Counted from the first letter of the stretch, positions 19,031-28,442 are shown. The stretch is DNA of 64,000 bases from an uncultured Candidatus Saccharibacteria bacterium (GCA_964474825.1 CAYYWQ010000001.1:1033606-1097605); one strand, 5' to 3'. Program-made: numbers and translations. Notes: generated by a model from the sequence alone, not told the origin.

Positions 19031-19105
19031 TTTCTTCTCCCAGCCCGACTCCATCAAACATTTTTCGTGTAGAGTCGGGGCCGTTCTCGGCGGTTTTCTC
19101 GAGGT

Positions 19106-19138
19106 GCAGGCAATCCAAGTGGTTGCCTGCGTTTTTTT
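19106..19138 (+). terminator. Intrinsic terminator (gcaggcaa-tccaagtgg-ttgcctgc + T7)
   Basis: A perfect 8-bp stem followed by a T-run, immediately after the GC-rich gene. Confidence 0.55.
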
Positions 19139-19167
19139 ATTGTCATAAATAGTTTATAATACTGAAT

Positions 19168-21951
19168 ATGACATCTCCCAAAACTGCCCGCTATATGTTA
19201 ATAGACGGTAACGCGTTAATTCACCGCGGTTACCATGCTATTCCGGTTTTAAATACTAAAAGTGGTGAGCAAACCAACGCGGTTTATGGCTTTAGTTTAA
19301 TTTTGCTAAAAGCCATGGCCGACATTAAGCCCACGCATATTGCCTGCACGTTCGATTTAGCAGGCCCGACTTTTAGGCATGAGCAATACAAAGAATATAA
19401 AGGCACGCGTGTTAAGGCCGACCAGGAACTTTATAACCAAATTCCTCGGGTAAAAGAAGTGGTGCGAAGTTTAAATATTCCAATTTTTGAAAAGCAGGGT
19501 TTTGAGGCGGACGATTTACTCGGGACTTTGGCTTGCGGCATTCACAAAGGTTTTCCTGAAGCAGAAGTTTTAATTGTTACCGGGGATTTAGATACGCTGC
19601 AATTAGTGAATCATAAAATCAAGGTGTATACCATGCGGAAGGGTATTTCTGACGTGGTAATTTATGATGCTAAGGCAGTGCGGGAGCGTTACGGCCTTTT
19701 GCCTGAGCAAATGGTGGACTATAAAGCCCTCCGCGGCGACCCCAGTGACAACATTCCTGGCGTAAAAGGTATTGGAGAAAAAACTGCTGAGGAATTAATT
19801 AAAGAATTTAAATCTTTGGACGGTTTATATCAAGCGATTAGAGAAAAGAGAGTAGAGAATAGGATAAAGCCACGGATATTGAATTTACTTACTGAACAGG
19901 AGGAGCAGGCAAGGATGTCTTATAAATTATCCGTAATAGACTGCAACGTACCGGCAGACATAACTGTTCCGGCCTACGATTTTGACGCGCCGCATTTACA
20001 GCAAACAGTAAAGCTGTTTCAGGAACTGGAGTTTAGGAGTTTGATAAATAAGCTGCCGAAACAAGATTCAAGATTTAAGATTCAAGATTCAAGTCAGACC
20101 GACACAGAGCTATTAGCTTCTGAGGAAGACGTCGTTTCACAAAGTAAGATAGGGACACAAGATTATAAGTTAATAGATACAGAAGAAAAACTTGAGCAAA
20201 TTTTAAAAGTATTATCTTCCGCAAAAGAAATTTCTGTAGACACTGAGACAACAAGTTTAAATACTATAGACGCTAAATTGGTTGGTGTTGGTTTGGCTAT
20301 GGAGCCTGGGCAAGCCTATTATCTTCCGGCCAATATTGTGTTTAATTCCCCTGACTTAAAGCAAATTTTAGAAAATCCGGAAATAAAAAAAATCGGCCAC
20401 AACATAAAATACGACCTGCAGATCCTGAGCACTGAGCACTTAGCACTGAGCACTGTTTCTTTCGACACCATGATAGCCTCCTACCTTTTAAACGCGGGCA
20501 CTCGCCAGCACGGCTTGGACGCTTTGGCTTTTAACGAATTTGGTTACCAAATGCAGCCAATAGAAGATTTAATTGGCAAAGGTAAAACGCAGATTACCAT
20601 GGATAAGGTGGACCCGGAAAAAGTTTCCTGGTATTGCTGTGAAGACGTAGACATAACCTTGCGCCTTAAAGAATTGTTTGAGCCGCAACTGAAAAAAGAA
20701 GGTTTGGAAAAAGTTTTTTACGAAATAGAAATGCCTTTGCTGGAAGTTTTATCTGCCATGGAGATGGCGGGCATTAAAGTAGATGCTAAGTTTTTAAACA
20801 AACTTTCCTCGGAAGCGGAAATTGAAATTAAAGATCTAGAAAGAAGTATTTATAAGCTCACAGGCGAGGAGTTTAATATAAACTCGCCTAAGCAAATGAA
20901 GGAAGTGCTGTTCGACAAGCTAAAGTTGGAACCCATTGCTAACAAGAAGAATAAGAGTGGACTTAGTACTGCCGCGGGAGAGCTGGAAAAAATGTTGGGA
21001 CAGCACCCGGTTATTCCAAAAATTTTAGAATACCGGGAAATTTCCAAGCTGCAAAATACTTATTTGCTCGCTTTGCCTGAATTGGTTAACAAAAAAACTG
21101 GACGTATTCACACCAGTTATAGCCAAACTATTGCCGCAACAGGCAGGCTTTCTTCTATAGACCCAAATTTACAAAATATTCCTGTACGCGGTGAAGGCAT
21201 GGGCAGTAAAGTGCGCCAGGCTTTTGTAGCGGAAAAAGGTTATAAACTTTTAAGTTTGGACTATTCTCAAATTGAACTGCGCATTGTGGCACACTTAGCG
21301 CAGGACAAAACCATGCTGGAAGTTTTTAAGAATGACCAGGATATTCACAGTAAAACTGCAATGGAAATTTTTGGAGTGAGCGCAGACAAAATTACACCAG
21401 ACATGAGGCGCGACGCTAAAACTATTAATTTTGGAATTTTATACGGTTTATCATCTTTTGGACTTTCGGCCCGCATTGGTGAAGTTAATCGTGCCGAAGC
21501 CAAAGAATTTATTACCAAATATTTTGCGGCTTACCCAGGTGTGGCTGAATATATAGAGCAAATTAAACTTCAAGTTAACGAAGAAGGATTTGTAAAAAAT
21601 GAGCTTGGACGCATACGCAAATTTCCGGAAATAAAATCTTCTCAGTTCTTTATTCGAGCCGCAGCAGAAAGAGCAGCTGTTAATTTTCCAATTCAAAGTT
21701 TGGCAGCAGATGTAATTAAGGTGGCGATGATAAATATACACAAGCTAATCAGCGAATCAGCGAATCAGCCGATCCGCATGCTACTGCAGGTGCACGACGA
21801 ATTGGTGTTTGAGGTTCAAGAAGATAAAGTGGAAGAATGGGCAAAAAAGCTCATACCTTTAATGGAAAATGCAATTAAACTCTCTGTTCCCATTAAAGTA
21901 GAAGGTAAGGTCGGGGATAATTGGGGAGAAATGGAGAGGTTAAATGAGTAA
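19168..21951 (+). CDS. polA: DNA polymerase I
   Basis: It has a 5'-3' exonuclease N-terminus, 3'-5' exo motifs (ISVDTETTSL, YDLQIL...FDTMIASYLLN), and polymerase motifs A/B/C (LLSLDYSQIELRIVAHL, RRDAKTINFGILYG, LLQVHDELVFEV). Confidence 0.95.
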   Translation: MTSPKTARYMLIDGNALIHRGYHAIPVLNTKSGEQTNAVYGFSLILLKAMADIKPTHIACTFDLAGPTFRHEQYKEYKGTRVKADQELYNQIPRVKEVVRSLNIPIFEKQGFEADDLLGTLACGIHKGFPEAEVLIVTGDLDTLQLVNHKIKVYTMRKGISDVVIYDAKAVRERYGLLPEQMVDYKALRGDPSDNIPGVKGIGEKTAEELIKEFKSLDGLYQAIREKRVENRIKPRILNLLTEQEEQARMSYKLSVIDCNVPADITVPAYDFDAPHLQQTVKLFQELEFRSLINKLPKQDSRFKIQDSSQTDTELLASEEDVVSQSKIGTQDYKLIDTEEKLEQILKVLSSAKEISVDTETTSLNTIDAKLVGVGLAMEPGQAYYLPANIVFNSPDLKQILENPEIKKIGHNIKYDLQILSTEHLALSTVSFDTMIASYLLNAGTRQHGLDALAFNEFGYQMQPIEDLIGKGKTQITMDKVDPEKVSWYCCEDVDITLRLKELFEPQLKKEGLEKVFYEIEMPLLEVLSAMEMAGIKVDAKFLNKLSSEAEIEIKDLERSIYKLTGEEFNINSPKQMKEVLFDKLKLEPIANKKNKSGLSTAAGELEKMLGQHPVIPKILEYREISKLQNTYLLALPELVNKKTGRIHTSYSQTIAATGRLSSIDPNLQNIPVRGEGMGSKVRQAFVAEKGYKLLSLDYSQIELRIVAHLAQDKTMLEVFKNDQDIHSKTAMEIFGVSADKITPDMRRDAKTINFGILYGLSSFGLSARIGEVNRAEAKEFITKYFAAYPGVAEYIEQIKLQVNEEGFVKNELGRIRKFPEIKSSQFFIRAAAERAAVNFPIQSLAADVIKVAMINIHKLISESANQPIRMLLQVHDELVFEVQEDKVEEWAKKLIPLMENAIKLSVPIKVEGKVGDNWGEMERLNE

Positions 21952-22657
21952 TGAGGGGCAAAATCTAGGCCGAGTTCCTTTTGAGCTTGGTGAAAAAATT
22001 GGTTCTGGTACGACTGCGGAAGTTTTTGAGTCCGTGAAGAATCCAAATTTGGTTGTCAAAAAATTTAAAATAATTTGGGCAGAAGGAGATGAGTCAGAAA
22101 ATTATTCTGAGGAGACTTTTAAAAGGATTTTTAAAAGAAATTTTGACCAAATGGCTGAAGCTTTTGGTGAGTATTTTCCAAAAGGACAGTTGGTGTTTGG
22201 AGAAGAGGAAAAAGGGCAGACTGTAGGTTACTTAATTCAGGAGAAGATATTTAAAGACCGCCCCTTGTTTTTTACCAAGGAAAAAAAACAGAAACTAGAG
22301 GCTTTGGATAGTGTTCTTAGTCATATTGTAGAAAATTTTAAAAGACTAAGTGCGGAAAAAGAGAAGGTGTCCGGAAAATTAGGCACACGGACTTGGAATT
22401 ATTTGCCAGAGATGTTGTCGCAAGATGAAAATAAGGAAACGCGGGTTACTATGCCGGACTTTATGGGTCCAGACGATATGGTATATGGTCACACTGCGGA
22501 CAATCCAAAACCACGATATCTTTTACACGACATTTATCGTTTCGTGGCAATAAACCAGGATAATTTGCTAAAGTTTGTTAAAAGTACAGTGGCTTTTAAA
22601 ATTTATGATTTTCCTAAAACCCGCGCTGCTTTGGAATCATTAAAAAGTATTGAATAA
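21944..22657 (+). CDS. Hypothetical protein, possibly with a protein-kinase-like fold
   Basis: The N-terminus LGEKIGSGTTAEVFESVKNPNLVVKKF resembles a kinase Gly-rich loop followed by a VxxK lysine. I found no clear catalytic HRD/DFG motif. It overlaps the polA stop by 8 nt. Confidence 0.3.
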   Translation: MSNEGQNLGRVPFELGEKIGSGTTAEVFESVKNPNLVVKKFKIIWAEGDESENYSEETFKRIFKRNFDQMAEAFGEYFPKGQLVFGEEEKGQTVGYLIQEKIFKDRPLFFTKEKKQKLEALDSVLSHIVENFKRLSAEKEKVSGKLGTRTWNYLPEMLSQDENKETRVTMPDFMGPDDMVYGHTADNPKPRYLLHDIYRFVAINQDNLLKFVKSTVAFKIYDFPKTRAALESLKSIE

Positions 22658-22662
22658 AGTTT

Positions 22663-23265
22663 ATGGATTTAACTGAGTATCATCAAAAATATATTAACAT
22701 GCCCCAAGATTGGGTGGAGTTTGGTCTTAGGGCCAAAGATGCCCAATTAAAACAGGTCTTTGAGGAAATTAACTGGCAGCCAGCGGCCGACGCTGTAAAG
22801 ATTGCGGTTTTAGGCTGCGCGGACAAGCGCTTTGTTGCTGGCCATAAACAACTTTTTAAAAAGTTTCTAAAAAAAGAAGTAGAGGTTACAACTTTTGACA
22901 TTACAACCGAGCATCTTTCTGGCGCGGAAAATGTAGTTGAGCACGACTGCACCAAACCTTTTCCCGGCGCGTCGTTTGATTTAATTTTTTCTCACATTCT
23001 ACTTAAGTTTATGCCTGCAGATTCGCAATGGTTGGTTTTAGAAAACTCTTTTAACGCTTTAGCGCCAGGTGGTGTGGCATTACATTTTATGGACGTACAA
23101 GGCCAGACCGTGCCAACAAGCATGATAGCAGAAGGTTTTTTTCAAATTCCTTTGGCGGAATTTAAAAATCGTCTTACAGAAAAAGCAATTAAATTTCAAA
23201 GCTGTATAGTCAAGTCTAAGGCAGAACAAAATAGAGATTTGGAATGCCTGGCGTTGTTTAAATAG
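22663..23265 (+). CDS. Putative class I SAM-dependent methyltransferase-like protein
   Basis: IAVLGCADKRF looks like motif I and DLIFSHILLKF like post-II, followed by LAPGGVALHF. The assignment is weak. Confidence 0.3.
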   Translation: MDLTEYHQKYINMPQDWVEFGLRAKDAQLKQVFEEINWQPAADAVKIAVLGCADKRFVAGHKQLFKKFLKKEVEVTTFDITTEHLSGAENVVEHDCTKPFPGASFDLIFSHILLKFMPADSQWLVLENSFNALAPGGVALHFMDVQGQTVPTSMIAEGFFQIPLAEFKNRLTEKAIKFQSCIVKSKAEQNRDLECLALFK

Positions 23266-23266
23266 T

Positions 23267-23914
23267 ATGCAAATATTAGAAATTTATAAAAAATATAAAA
23301 TAATGCCGCAATTGGCTGAGCATCAGTTTGCTGTTGCGGCAGTGGCTGATGTTATTTGCGAGAATTTTAAAATTGATATCGATCGTGAAAATATAATCAA
23401 AGCGTGTTTGCTACATGACATGGGGAATATTGCCAAGTTTACTTTTGACGAACCTAGTAAATATTTAATTCCAGAAAGTGAACAGGGTAGACTCGAATAT
23501 TGGCAACAGGTAAAAGACGAATTCATACAAAAATACGGCAGCGGCAGTCATAATGTAACCATGAAGATAGTGGGGGAGCTGGGGGTGAGCGCAAGAATTA
23601 TAGAATTAGTAGACTGCGTGGGGTTTGAGCAGGGCGTGGACAACGAGGCAACAAATGATTTTGGTAAAAAGATTTGCGCTTACAGCGACATGCGGGTGGG
23701 GCCGAAAGGAGTGTTCAGTTTGGAAGAAAGGCTGGCGGATTTAAGGGTGCGTTATAAAAACCACAGTGAGGGAACGCCGGAGAGGGATTCTTTTGAGCAA
23801 GCTCTGCGGCAAATAGAAAAACAAATTTTTGAACATTGCAGTATAAAGCCGGAAGACATCACCGCACATGCAGTAGGGGAAAGGAAAGAGGGGCTTAAGA
23901 GTTTTGAGATTTAA
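23267..23914 (+). CDS. HD-domain phosphohydrolase-like protein
   Basis: It has the ACLLHDMGN (H...HD) metal-binding motif and a later D residue region, which fits the HD superfamily. Confidence 0.5.
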   Translation: MQILEIYKKYKIMPQLAEHQFAVAAVADVICENFKIDIDRENIIKACLLHDMGNIAKFTFDEPSKYLIPESEQGRLEYWQQVKDEFIQKYGSGSHNVTMKIVGELGVSARIIELVDCVGFEQGVDNEATNDFGKKICAYSDMRVGPKGVFSLEERLADLRVRYKNHSEGTPERDSFEQALRQIEKQIFEHCSIKPEDITAHAVGERKEGLKSFEI

Positions 23915-24069
23915 ATAATTTTAAAGTGGATAAATAAGGCAGAAAATATATTTTTGCCTTATTTTATTGGGTTTGACTAACGGTGAACGATTGTATACTA
24001 TAATAATATAGCGAAAAGGGAATAGCGAAGAGGGAAGAGGAAAGCGCAAAGATTAAAGTATGTTCCAAA

Positions 24070-25155
24070 ATGGAACATAGTGAAAAACCTCATAAACAAG
24101 CCAATGTGCAAAAAATGCATATTGGCTTAAACAAAAGGAGCTATATGCAAGAAGAAATAAAAAAAGGAGAAATTGTTATCTATAAAGCCCCAGAAGGCCC
24201 GGAATTACAGGTGCAGATGGATGGGGAGACAGTTTGGATGACTCAAGATCAGATTGCTAAGCTTTTTAGTACCCAAAGACCGGCAATCACAAAACATTTA
24301 AATAATATTTATAAATCCTCTGAGTTAAGCGAAAAAAGCACAAGTTCCATTTTGGAACATATGGGTGGCTTAGGGCAAAGATATAAGACCAAGTCTTACA
24401 ATCTTGATGCCATAATATCAGTGGGTTATAGGGTTAATTCTGCAAGAGCTACTCAATTTCGTATTTGGGCAACGCAGAGGTTGAAGGATTTTTTGCTTAA
24501 AGGTTATGCAATTAACCAGCACAGGCTGGACCAATTAAAGCAGGAACATAATAGCCAGGTAAAGGAACTGCAGTCTACGGTTAAGCTTTTTCAGAATGTA
24601 ATAGAGGCACAGAGGACTGAGGGGTATGAAAAGGAATTTTTGAATATTATTGTTGACTACGCTAACACGTGGACGGTCCTTCAGGAATACGACGAAGGCA
24701 AATTAGAAATTTCTAATGTTAGCAAAAAAACTTCTAAAGCTTTAGACCATAAAGAAATACAAAAATCCATTCAGCGGTTTAAAAAACGCTTAATGGACAA
24801 AAAACAGGCCAGCGGTTTGTTTGGCCAGGAAGTTGGCGGCAAGTTTGAAGCTGTGCTTGGCAGCATTTACCAAACTTACGGCGGTAAAGAATTGTATGCA
24901 AGCCTGGAAGAAAAGGCCGCGCACCTATTTTATTTTGGTATTAAGGACCACCCGTTCGTGGACGGTAACAAACGCATTGCCAGCTTACTATTTTTATTAT
25001 TTTTAATAGAAAATAACTATTTACTCAACAAAAAAGGCGAACGTAAGGTTAATGACACCGCGTTAGTTGCATTGGCTCTCCTTATTGCAGAGAGTAAGCC
25101 TCAGCAAAAAGATGTAATGGTAAAGTTGATAGTAAATCTTATAAACAAAAAATAG
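24070..25155 (+). CDS. Fic/Doc family protein with an N-terminal RhuM-like (virulence protein) domain
   Basis: The N-terminal half has the RhuM-family pattern IAKLFSTQRPAITKHLNNIY...AIISVGYRVNSARATQFRIWAT. The C-terminal half has the Fic/Doc core HPFVDGNKRIASLLF (HxFx(D/E)GNxR). Confidence 0.65.
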   Translation: MEHSEKPHKQANVQKMHIGLNKRSYMQEEIKKGEIVIYKAPEGPELQVQMDGETVWMTQDQIAKLFSTQRPAITKHLNNIYKSSELSEKSTSSILEHMGGLGQRYKTKSYNLDAIISVGYRVNSARATQFRIWATQRLKDFLLKGYAINQHRLDQLKQEHNSQVKELQSTVKLFQNVIEAQRTEGYEKEFLNIIVDYANTWTVLQEYDEGKLEISNVSKKTSKALDHKEIQKSIQRFKKRLMDKKQASGLFGQEVGGKFEAVLGSIYQTYGGKELYASLEEKAAHLFYFGIKDHPFVDGNKRIASLLFLLFLIENNYLLNKKGERKVNDTALVALALLIAESKPQQKDVMVKLIVNLINKK

Positions 25156-25224
25156 GGCTTGTTACTTGTCTTTAACTTTAACAAAGAGTAAATTAGTGGT
25201 ATTATATAAGGGACAAAAAATCTG

Positions 25225-26940
25225 TTGAAACAAAAAATGTTCCTCTATAACTGGTACCAAAAATTTAAAGTAATTAAGCGTTTTAATTATATTTTGATAG
25301 TCCTGTTTCGGGCGGGGTTTTCGGCGTTCTTGTATAACGCGGGACTTAAGAAAAATATTCCAGTTGCTCAGAGGCTGGACAGGCACGGAAAAACCGTAGA
25401 TGAATCTATTTTGCCTGTAAAGCTTCGCCAAACTTTGGAAAAATTGGGTCCGGTATTTGTAAAGTTCGGGCAAATTTTAAGCACTCGCACGGACTTGTTG
25501 CCAAAGCCTTATATTGAAGAATTAACAAAGCTCCAGTCGCAAGTGCCGCCGTTTTCCTACAAAGAGGCGGAAAAAATTATCCAGAAGAATTTGGGCAAAC
25601 CGGCCGGGGAGATTTTTAAACATTTTGAAACAGTGCCTTTTGCTTCAGCCTCTTTGGGGCAAGTTTATAAAGCTGCTTTAACAACCGGGGAAACTGTGGC
25701 GGTTAAAGTCCAGCGGCCAAAAGCCAAGGAACAAATTAAGTTGGATATAGCGGTGCTTTTAATGCTGGCGCATTTTGTTGAAAAACATATACCCGGAGCA
25801 AAAGAACGCGGCATTGTAGGCGTGGTAAAAGAGTTCCAGCGCTGGACAGTGAATGAAATAGATTACCGCAAGGAAGCCACAAATTGCGAGGTTTTTGCCA
25901 ACTTTTTTAAGGACGACAAAAATGTTTACAGTCCAAAGGTGTATTGGGATTATTCCGGCGACAGTGTTTTGTGTTTAGAATACGTGGAAGGAATGTCCTT
26001 GGGAAATGTGGTAAAAGACCTGAATAATAAAAAGCTTAACAAAAAGCTAATTGCCCACCGCTTGGCTGACTCATTCATAAAGCAGTATTTTGATTACGGC
26101 TACTTCCACGCGGACCCGCACCCCGGAAATATTTTTGTGCTTCCGGGCAATAAGTTAATGTTTTTGGACTTTGGCATGGTGGGCCTTTTGGATAGCCAAC
26201 TTACTGCTTTGGCTTCCGGAGCTTTTTTGGCGCTGCTCCAGCGTGACGTGGAAAAAATTGTGGCAATACTTGTGCAAATTGAGCAGAACTATGACGAGCG
26301 CGCGCAGACTAAAGACGTAAGGGATTTGGTAAATGTTAATGGCCTGCGGAAAGAAATTACACAAATTGTACTTCAGTGGGCCAGCGTGGGCCAAGCGGGG
26401 CAGTTTACTAAATTGTTTTACCAAATAGTGGACGCGGCCATTCAAAACGGTATTGCCGTGCCTGTGGACTTAACTTTGTTTAGTAAATCCATAATGACAC
26501 TGGACGCCGTGGCTCATGACTTGGACCCGGGGCTAAAAATAGAAGAGTGGGAGAAGCCACTGGTTGAAAAAATTGTAATGGAGCGGTTTAAAGCGGAAAA
26601 AATAAAAGACCGTACTCAAGGCGCGGCGCTGGCCTTGGACGAGCTTCTTAAAAAATTGCCGGATTCCACGGCTACTATAGTTAACAATTTAGAACGCGGC
26701 AAGTTTGGTATGGAAATAAATACCGACCAACTTTTGGAATATGAAAAGCTTCTTAATGCCAATTCCCACTTTAGCACTTACGGGACATTTTTTGCGGCCA
26801 TACTTATTGCCGGCGCCTTAATTTACCAGAGCGGCACGCATCCGTTAGTTTGGGACATTGCCATACCTGGTTGGGGGCTTTATGTTGGCTTAGGGTTGAT
26901 TATATTATTTTTCTTCCGAGTCCGCAGCCGAAGCGTCTAG
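25225..26940 (+). CDS. ABC1/UbiB-family atypical kinase with a C-terminal TM region
   Basis: FETVPFASASLGQVYKAALTTGETVAVKVQRP is the ABC1 Gly-rich/Lys motif. It also has catalytic HADPHPGN and DFG-like LDFGMVG motifs, and two C-terminal TM helices. Confidence 0.8.
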   Translation: MKQKMFLYNWYQKFKVIKRFNYILIVLFRAGFSAFLYNAGLKKNIPVAQRLDRHGKTVDESILPVKLRQTLEKLGPVFVKFGQILSTRTDLLPKPYIEELTKLQSQVPPFSYKEAEKIIQKNLGKPAGEIFKHFETVPFASASLGQVYKAALTTGETVAVKVQRPKAKEQIKLDIAVLLMLAHFVEKHIPGAKERGIVGVVKEFQRWTVNEIDYRKEATNCEVFANFFKDDKNVYSPKVYWDYSGDSVLCLEYVEGMSLGNVVKDLNNKKLNKKLIAHRLADSFIKQYFDYGYFHADPHPGNIFVLPGNKLMFLDFGMVGLLDSQLTALASGAFLALLQRDVEKIVAILVQIEQNYDERAQTKDVRDLVNVNGLRKEITQIVLQWASVGQAGQFTKLFYQIVDAAIQNGIAVPVDLTLFSKSIMTLDAVAHDLDPGLKIEEWEKPLVEKIVMERFKAEKIKDRTQGAALALDELLKKLPDSTATIVNNLERGKFGMEINTDQLLEYEKLLNANSHFSTYGTFFAAILIAGALIYQSGTHPLVWDIAIPGWGLYVGLGLIILFFFRVRSRSV

Positions 26941-26989
26941 ACAAAAAAATAATTAGGGTTATAATTAAGGCAATTAACCAACTATTACC

Positions 26990-27235
26990 ATGGACAAAAG
27001 AGTAGAAAAAGCGTTTCGTATCAGTGATGGGCTAGCTAGTCTGGCTCATAAAAAAGTTACGGGTCTTGTTAAGGAGCTGCAAGGCGAAGGGGTGTTAACT
27101 GCCGCTGAAGGCCAAAAAGTTTTAAAGGGTCTGGGCAAAGTTAAAAAAGCTTTGTACGACGACGTTAGTGGCGAACTCAAGAAAGCTTTGAATAAGAAAG
27201 CTCCTGCTAAAAGTAAAGCTAAGAAACGAAGATAG
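26990..27235 (+). CDS. Small basic hypothetical protein
   Basis: An 81-aa Lys-rich protein followed by a clean terminator. There is no clear SD. Confidence 0.35.
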   Translation: MDKRVEKAFRISDGLASLAHKKVTGLVKELQGEGVLTAAEGQKVLKGLGKVKKALYDDVSGELKKALNKKAPAKSKAKKRR

Positions 27236-27237
27236 AA

Positions 27238-27270
27238 TAAAAAAACCACCCTTATCAGGGTGGTTTTTAA
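27238..27270. terminator. Bidirectional intrinsic terminator (accaccc-ttatc-agggtggt)
   Basis: A hairpin flanked by an A-run and a T-run, between convergent genes. Confidence 0.5.
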
Positions 27271-27272
27271 AT

Positions 27273-27536
27273 TTACTTAAGCTTGGCCAAAGCTTTGGCC
27301 ATTCTGGATTTTAAGCGGGAAGATTTGCCTTTCTTAATCACGTTTTTCTTGGCGGCTTTGTCTAAGCTGGACATGGCTTTTTTCATGGCTTCCATTGCAT
27401 CGCTCTTTTTGCCGGCAACAATAAGTTTGCGGACTTCCTTTACGGCTTCTTTGAAAACATCTTTAGTCTTTAAATTCCGCACATGGCGGCGAATGCTTTG
27501 TCTCATGGCCTTAGCGGCCGACTTGGTATTAGGCAT
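27273..27536 (-). CDS. rpsT: 30S ribosomal protein S20
   Basis: It has the N-terminus MPNTKSAAKAMRQSIRRHVRNLKTKDVFK and an all-helical basic 87-aa protein. Confidence 0.85.
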   Translation of the reverse strand: MPNTKSAAKAMRQSIRRHVRNLKTKDVFKEAVKEVRKLIVAGKKSDAMEAMKKAMSSLDKAAKKNVIKKGKSSRLKSRMAKALAKLK

Positions 27537-27704
27537 AAATAGTATTTAGTAGATAGTAATTAGTAGTTAGATTGTTGCGACACGCTTGTCCCGTAAAGTT
27601 TGCAGCAACTTTTACTGGGATAAAAAGAGTTTAGCAGAAAATAATAAAATAATCAAGGGTGGGTGGGAGGCGAAACGTTAGACGTCCGCCTCCACCGAAG
27701 CGAT

Positions 27705-28382
27705 CTACCACTCGAGCGAGACGCCGAACTTGGCGCCGAACTTGGAAGGGCTGTGCTCCTCTTCCTTGTGCTCGAAGGGCGATCTATAAACACTGTGAGT
27801 GACACCGGCCGTGAGCCGGTACTTTAACCTGTTGTGGAAATGGGCTTCCCAACGGACCGCGCCGACGGCCTCCGCCTCCCATTTTTCGTTGATTCCGAGG
27901 TAGCCGCCTTCAGCTACGGCAAAGAAGTTGTGGTACAGGTGCCGTGCGTATTCGGCTCCAGGATTGCCGATCTTTATAGAGCTTGATCGGAATTGGAGAT
28001 GGCGGTAGTTACCGGTCAGTTCGTGGAGTGGATGGTGGCTTTTGTCGAAGAATTCCACGTAGGCACCCGCTTCCACCATGGCGCCAACCAGTCCTTTCTC
28101 TGAGAACAAGGGACCTGCATTGGCCCGAATTCTCCATTCCCGGTCTTCTTTCCCTTCAGGGTTCTTCCAGGAATAACCTAGAGTTGCTGCCCCAAACTGC
28201 TGGGGATGGCCCTCGTCGGCTAAGCGGAGCCAGGTGGCTCCGACGGAAACGTTTCCAGTTAGCTTTTGGTGTGTGCTAACCAGTTGCGTTCCGCTCTGGT
28301 AGATGGCGTTGATCTGGTAATCCTCGGCAAACATCTCCGAAGACAAAATAAAAACTGCTACAGTCAGCAGTGTTAGTCTCAC
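27705..28382 (-). CDS. Predicted outer-membrane-type beta-barrel protein (OmpW/PagL-size), GC-rich
   Basis: It has the signal peptide MRLTLLTVAVFILSSEMFA, alternating hydrophobic beta-strand patterns, and a C-terminal beta-signal ...KFGVSLEW ending in an aromatic residue. Its G+C is well above that of its neighbours. Confidence 0.4.
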   Translation of the reverse strand: MRLTLLTVAVFILSSEMFAEDYQINAIYQSGTQLVSTHQKLTGNVSVGATWLRLADEGHPQQFGAATLGYSWKNPEGKEDREWRIRANAGPLFSEKGLVGAMVEAGAYVEFFDKSHHPLHELTGNYRHLQFRSSSIKIGNPGAEYARHLYHNFFAVAEGGYLGINEKWEAEAVGAVRWEAHFHNRLKYRLTAGVTHSVYRSPFEHKEEEHSPSKFGAKFGVSLEW

Positions 28383-28442
28383 TCGCGTCTCTCCTTAGAG
28401 TTTTTTCGGTATCGTATAATACCACCAAAATATTAAATAAAA

